A DNA stretch of 64,000 bases. It comes from Dehalococcoidia bacterium. Lineage in GTDB: Bacteria > Chloroflexota > Dehalococcoidia > UBA2979. Of this stretch, positions 59,841-64,000 are shown piece after piece. The notes below the pieces were generated by a model, which saw only the letters and a list, made by a program, of their open reading frames with translations, was not told the origin of the DNA and searched no databases. The position numbers and the translations under genes are program-made. Position 1 is the stretch's first letter. Each line of letters starts with the position of its first letter. The stretch spans positions 3,552,001-3,616,000 of the forward strand of contig OZ253555.1 in assembly GCA_965262725.1 (NCBI GenBank), written 5' to 3'.

Positions 59841-60734
59841 GTGATCGTCGATGTCCACACGCACATCTTCCCACCGAGGATGATCGCGGCCCGCTCAGAA
59901 CTCGCCGCCGCCGATCCCGGCTTCGCGGCGCTCTACGCCGACCCGGCCGCGCGGATGGCGAGCTCAGGCGACCTGCTCGCCTCGATGTGCGACGCCGGCG
60001 TCGACATCGCCGTCGCGGCGGGCTTCTCGTGGCGCTCCGCCGCGCACGCCGAGGAGCACGCATCGTATGTGCTCGACGCCGCGGCCCACTCCGGCGGATC
60101 GCTCATCGCCTTCCCCCCGCTCCCGGCGCTGGGCGGTCCCGGCGACGATCCCGACGAGCGCTCGTTGCGCGCCCGCTGCCGCGAGCTCGCGGCGGGCGGC
60201 GCCCGCGGCGTCGGCGAGCTCCGGATCGACGCTCGGGCCCTGCCGCTCGGAGACGATGCGGCCGCGGCGCAGGCGCGAGGGATCCTGCGGTCGGCAGGCG
60301 CCGAGAGCCTCGCGCTGCTCGCTCACTGCACCGAGCCCGTCGGCCACGACTACCCCGGGCGGGAGGGGGGCCTCAGCGCCGGCGCGCTCTGGCGCCTTCT
60401 CGCGGACGAGCCATTCCCGGACGGGGGCCATCCCCTCCTCATTGCGGCGCACTGGGGCGGCGGGCTCCCCCTCTACGCGGCGATGCCCGAGGTCCACGCG
60501 CTGTTCACACGGGGGCGGCTCGCCGTCGACACGGCGGCGAGCCGCTTCCTCTACGATCCCGTCATGGTGGAGCTCGCCTCGACGCTCGGCCTCACCAACG
60601 TCGTGCTCTGGGGATCCGACTTCCCGCTCAGGACGCAGGCGCGCGACCGCCGCGATCTGGAGCGCGCCGTGCCAGACCCGCTGCTGCGCGCCGCCCTCCT
60701 GGGAGGGAACGCCGCGCGGCTCCTCGGCCTCTGA
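59841..60734 (+). CDS. Amidohydrolase_2-family metal-dependent hydrolase
   Basis: DVHTH, GVGEL, H..EPVGH.YPG, AHWGGG, WGSDFP, GGNAARLL. Confidence 0.9.
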   Translation: MIVDVHTHIFPPRMIAARSELAAADPGFAALYADPAARMASSGDLLASMCDAGVDIAVAAGFSWRSAAHAEEHASYVLDAAAHSGGSLIAFPPLPALGGPGDDPDERSLRARCRELAAGGARGVGELRIDARALPLGDDAAAAQARGILRSAGAESLALLAHCTEPVGHDYPGREGGLSAGALWRLLADEPFPDGGHPLLIAAHWGGGLPLYAAMPEVHALFTRGRLAVDTAASRFLYDPVMVELASTLGLTNVVLWGSDFPLRTQARDRRDLERAVPDPLLRAALLGGNAARLLGL

Positions 60735-60782
60735 GCCGATGGCGCGGCGGCGAGCGCAGCGGCCCCGGTGTGAGGAGCCGAC

Positions 60783-61352
60783 GTGCGGCTCTTCGTGATG
60801 ATCGACGTGCCCGACACCTGGCGCGCCGCCGCCCGAACCGCGCAGCGCGCGCTCGCCGGGCGCGTCCCGCCGGGGACGCTGCGCCCCGTCGGCGAGGCGC
60901 ACCTTCACCTCACGCTGCGCTTCCTGGGCGAGGTCGAGGAGAGTGCGGTCCCCGCCCTGAGGCGCGAGCTCTCAGCCGTCGCTCCCGTCGACGTGACGCT
61001 CGCGCTGGGAGGGGCCGGCAGTTTCGGGGGGCCACGCCGCACGCGCGTCGCCTGGCTCGCCGTCGAGAGCGAGGGAGGCAGGCTCGACGCCCTCGCTGGC
61101 CGCGTCGAGAGCGCCGTCGTGGCGGCCGGGGCGGCGCCCCGGAGCGAGCGATTCCACGCCCACCTCACGCTGGCCCGTGTCGTGCGCGGCGCCGACCCCG
61201 AGACGCGGCGGGCCGTCTCCGAGGCGGCCTCCGCTCTGCCGCGTGCGGAGGCGCCGCCCTTCCGCGCCCGCGAGTTCGCCCTCGTGCGCTCGCACCTCGC
61301 GGGGAGCGGCGGGCACGGCCCCCGCTACGAGTCGATCGCCCGCTACGGGTGA
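60783..61352 (+). CDS. thpR: RNA 2',3'-cyclic phosphodiesterase (2H family)
   Basis: MRLFV, two HLTL motifs (HLTLRFLG, HLTLAR). Confidence 0.93.
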   Translation: MRLFVMIDVPDTWRAAARTAQRALAGRVPPGTLRPVGEAHLHLTLRFLGEVEESAVPALRRELSAVAPVDVTLALGGAGSFGGPRRTRVAWLAVESEGGRLDALAGRVESAVVAAGAAPRSERFHAHLTLARVVRGADPETRRAVSEAASALPRAEAPPFRAREFALVRSHLAGSGGHGPRYESIARYG

Positions 61353-61376
61353 GCCCGGGCGGCGCCGCCCGCGGTG

Positions 61377-61406
61377 TTGACGACCGAGCCTCCCTCTCCC
61401 TATCTT
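61377..61406 (+). promoter_or_regulatory. Sigma70-type promoter upstream of SWIM gene
   Basis: TTGACG-N18-TATCTT. Confidence 0.6.
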
Positions 61407-61460
61407 TGGCGCAGGAGGCGAGACGAATGGGAGAACGTCCCCTCGCGCATCGGGCGTACC

Positions 61461-61494
61461 AGCGCCGCAGCCACCGCTGCGGCGCTTTCCGTTT
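61461..61494 (+). terminator. Terminator/attenuator hairpin in SWIM gene leader
   Basis: AGCGCCGCAGC-CACC-GCTGCGGCGCT followed by TTCCGTTT. Confidence 0.65.
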
Positions 61495-61584
61495 CCCCTC
61501 CCCATCCCTCTCCCCGCTCCCCGACGCAGGTCCACGATGGGTGGCGGTCGCCCGCCTCCCGGCATCGGCACGACAGGAGGCCAC

Positions 61585-61851
61585 ATGCATTCCGGGATGA
61601 TCGGCAAGGTCGCGAAGGCGCACCGCTACGCGGACCAGCGCGAGCGCTTCGAGGTGAACGCGCTCGCGGTCACGATTCGCGGAGACAACGCCGATCACCA
61701 CGTGGAGCTCTCGGACGGTCACTGGCGGTGCAGTTGCGACTTCTTCTCGTACAACGGCGCCTGCGCCCACACGATGGCGCTTGAGCTGCTGCTCGACGGG
61801 ATGCTTCCGGCCACCGAGGCCCGGCCGATGCCGGAGACGATCCTCGCGTAG
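61585..61851 (+). CDS. Small SWIM zinc-finger protein
   Basis: AGGAGG RBS; MHSGMIGKVAKAHRYA...WRCSCDFF...CAH (CxC...CxH). Confidence 0.85.
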   Translation: MHSGMIGKVAKAHRYADQRERFEVNALAVTIRGDNADHHVELSDGHWRCSCDFFSYNGACAHTMALELLLDGMLPATEARPMPETILA

Positions 61852-61919
61852 ACGCTCATGCTCGCAAGCGCACTCCCGCCCCGTCGCCGAGACGTGGCGA
61901 AGGGGCGGGAGCGCGCTTG

Positions 61920-61967
61920 ACACACTGGCAGTGCGTGTCAGGGGTTCGAGTCCCCTCGGGTCCACCA
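61920..61967 (+). pseudogene. 3' half of tRNA-Ala(GGC), possible att-site remnant
   Basis: CACTGGCAGTG anticodon arm, AGGGG-TTCGAGT-CCCCT T-arm, CGGGTCC-A-CCA acceptor strand with U70; no matching 5' strand or D-arm upstream. Confidence 0.75.
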
Positions 61968-62034
61968 CGAGACTCCATTCGCCGGATGAAGATTGCCGCG
62001 TCCGATGTTCGGTTCATGACGGAGGGGATTCAAG

Positions 62035-62879
62035 GGCAAGTCTGGACAAGTGGGTCTGGCGGCGCAAAACGGGCACGAGGAGCGCTTCTCGCGGGCGGGT
62101 TCGATGAAGTGAGCCATGGTCGGCCCTCTCAGGGCCCCTGCGGCTTCCCGTCCTCGCCTCTCTGGGGCGAGGTGGGCACACTCCACCCACAGTCAGGCAC
62201 AGTGCGGCTTCGCGGTGAGCAGATTATGGACCCCCAGCAAGACCGCACACCGCTCGTGGTTCTTGAAGAGGCCCCGGTACCGCACCGTGGCGTAGTCGAA
62301 GCGCCGCTTCACGGTATAGAACGGGTGCTCCACCAGCGCCCGCGCCGACGCCTTCCGTTTCTCCTCGACGGCCTCAGGACTCTCCGGGTCGAGCTGACGC
62401 CGTAGGCCCGGGCGCATCGCCACGTTCCAGTTGTCGACCCCCGAGTCCGCGTTCTCGGGTCGCTTGTCCACGCCCCGGTATCCGGCATCGCCGTAGACTT
62501 CGGCTTCCTCGCCGTGCAGCAGACGGTACGTCTCCGACACGTCCGACACGTTCGCAGGCGTCGTCGTGAAGCTGTGGACCAGGCCCGTGTCCCTGTCCGC
62601 GCCGATGTGCAGCTTCATCCCGAAATACCACTGGTTGCCCTTCTTGGTCTGATGCATCTCGGGGTCCCGCGCCCGCTCGCGATTCTGCGTCGACGACGGC
62701 GCCGAGATGATGGTCGCGTCCACGATGCTGCCCTCGCTCAGCTTCAATCCCTCGCTCGCAAGGTGCTCGTTGATGAGCTCGAAGATCCTGCTCCCCAGGG
62801 AGTGGCGCTCGAGCAGATGACGGAATGTGAGGATGGTCGTCTCGTCGGGGATCGGCCCGCGCAGGGTGAGGTGGCAGAA
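62035..62879 (-). mobile_element. IS5-subgroup element, interrupted by IS21
   Basis: Putative terminal repeat GGCAAGTCTGGACAAGT (62035-62051); transposase truncated at the IS21 end. Confidence 0.8.
62193..62879 (-). pseudogene. IS5 transposase, C-terminal part
   Basis: IPDETTIL.FRHLLE, IVDATII.AP.ST.N, MHQTKKGNQWYFGMK.HIG, GDAGY, VEHPF; N-terminus missing. Confidence 0.9.
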
Positions 62880-64000
62880 TGTGAATCGCCAAGGTCTATA
62901 GACCACGAAATCGCCAGATCGCCAGGGTCATTGATCCACCCCGTCAGGGACTCCTGCCCGCCCGGGCCGCCGGTACGGCCACCATCGCCTGCATCCCCAG
63001 CGGAGGGAGCAGCGATGGCCTACCGGGAGGTACACGGGGTGGAGATCCAGGAGATCATTCGACGCTGGCAGGCGGGGCTCAGCCAGCGCCGCATCGCCAG
63101 CGGCACGGGGCTATCGCGCGTGACGGTGCGCCGCTACGTCGAGGCGGCCGAGGCGGCCGGCCTCACGCCGGGCGGTCCCGAGCCGAGTGAGGAGCAGCTC
63201 GCCGCGCTGGCGACGCTGAGCCTCTCCGGCCCGCGGCAGGTCGAGGCGCCGAGCGAGAAGCTGCTCTCGCCCTGGGCGGAGCAGATCGAGCGCTGGCTTG
63301 AGACCGACCGCCTGCAACTGACGCGCATCCAGGAGCTCCTCGCCGGACGAGGCTGCGAGGTCTCCTACACCACGCTGCGGCGTTTCATCCGGCGCCGCGG
63401 CTGGCGCCACCGGCTGCCGTCGACCGTGCGCATGGACGACGGGCCGCCGGGCGAGGTGGCGGAGATGGACTTCGGCCGCCTCGGCTTCATCCGGGACCCC
63501 GAGAGCGGCCGCCGGCGCGCGGTGTGGGCGCTGGTCGTCGTCTGGCGCTACTCACGCCACTGCTTTGTGTGGCCCACCACCAGCCAGAAGCTGGACGCCG
63601 TGATCGAGGGCCTGGAGGAGGCCTGGGCCTTCTTCGGGGGCGTGCCCCGCTACCTCGTCATCGATAACTTCCCGGCCGCCGTCGCCGGGGCCGACGCGCT
63701 GCACCCGCGGCTCACCCGGGGCTTCCTCGAGTACGCCCGCCACAGAGGCTTCATCACCGACCCCGCGCGCGTGCGTCATCCCCGCGACAAGCCGCGCGTC
63801 GAACGCAGCATCCCCTACGTGCGCGAGCGCCTCTTCAAGGGCGGCGACTTCCGGGATGTCATCGACCTGCGCTCCGCCGCCCGCAGCTGGTGCCTCGAGG
63901 TGGCGGGGCAGCGCATCCACGGCACGACCCGCCGGCGCCCGCTCGAGGTCTTCCTGAAGGAGGAGCTCCCTCTGCTCGCTCCCTGGGACGGCGAGCCCTA
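62880..64000 (+). mobile_element. IS21-family element, left part
   Basis: Starts TG-TGAATCGCC with repeated subterminal motifs (ATCGCCAAGGTC / ATCGCCAGGGTC), followed by istA. Confidence 0.85.
63015..64000 (+). CDS. istA: IS21 transposase IstA (runs off window)
   Basis: Manual translation from ATG 63015: MAYREVHGVEIQEIIRRWQAGLSQRRIA..., EMDFG, VIDN, PRDKPRVER; GGAGG RBS. Confidence 0.9.
   Translation, partial: MAYREVHGVEIQEIIRRWQAGLSQRRIASGTGLSRVTVRRYVEAAEAAGLTPGGPEPSEEQLAALATLSLSGPRQVEAPSEKLLSPWAEQIERWLETDRLQLTRIQELLAGRGCEVSYTTLRRFIRRRGWRHRLPSTVRMDDGPPGEVAEMDFGRLGFIRDPESGRRRAVWALVVVWRYSRHCFVWPTTSQKLDAVIEGLEEAWAFFGGVPRYLVIDNFPAAVAGADALHPRLTRGFLEYARHRGFITDPARVRHPRDKPRVERSIPYVRERLFKGGDFRDVIDLRSAARSWCLEVAGQRIHGTTRRRPLEVFLKEELPLLAPWDGEP

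Noticed and set aside
61940-61967. tmRNA 3' end
   Set aside because: No upstream GGG-starting acceptor strand or tag ORF; the preceding GGC anticodon arm fits tRNA-Ala.
62880-62906. ORF-track start of the IS5 transposase (MVYRPWRFT)
   Set aside because: These codons lie within the IS21 end and are not part of the original transposase.

Overview
Very GC-rich bacterial chromosomal segment made up almost entirely of housekeeping genes. Gene content and protein style suggest Chloroflexota, probably a Dehalococcoidia-related lineage (inference): coiled-coil insert in RpoC, rpoBC detached from rplL, type-2 IleRS, and conserved SWIM and zinc-ribbon small proteins. It contains a pdxS-pdxT-GNAT-AAA/R3H-tmk-thrB run, a USP-TrkA-TrkA-pheA-fpg operon, the tRNA-Thr/Tyr/Thr-tuf-rpmG-secE-nusG-rplKAJL cluster with an L10 leader, ispDF-cysE-cysS, rpoBC, proBA, ileS, murJ/rpsT, rodZ-like/rimO, scpB and thpR. 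Mobile DNA is limited to an intact IS5-like element inserted at the CTAG forming the rplL stop codon and, at the right end, an IS21 nested in an IS5 just after a 3'-half tRNA-Ala fragment. No rRNA, CRISPR array, prophage or recognisable defence locus was seen, and I could not support a clear new multi-gene system. Best leads: the thpR / promoter-uORF-attenuator / SWIM / hairpin / half-tRNA locus, repeated leaderless TANNNT-N6/7-start architecture, an IleRS2 with GIHH and KMAKS motifs, and membrane proteins joining a cytoplasmic HTH or Zn-finger to PASTA or LysM domains. All calls come from reading the sequence and motif recognition; no searches were run.
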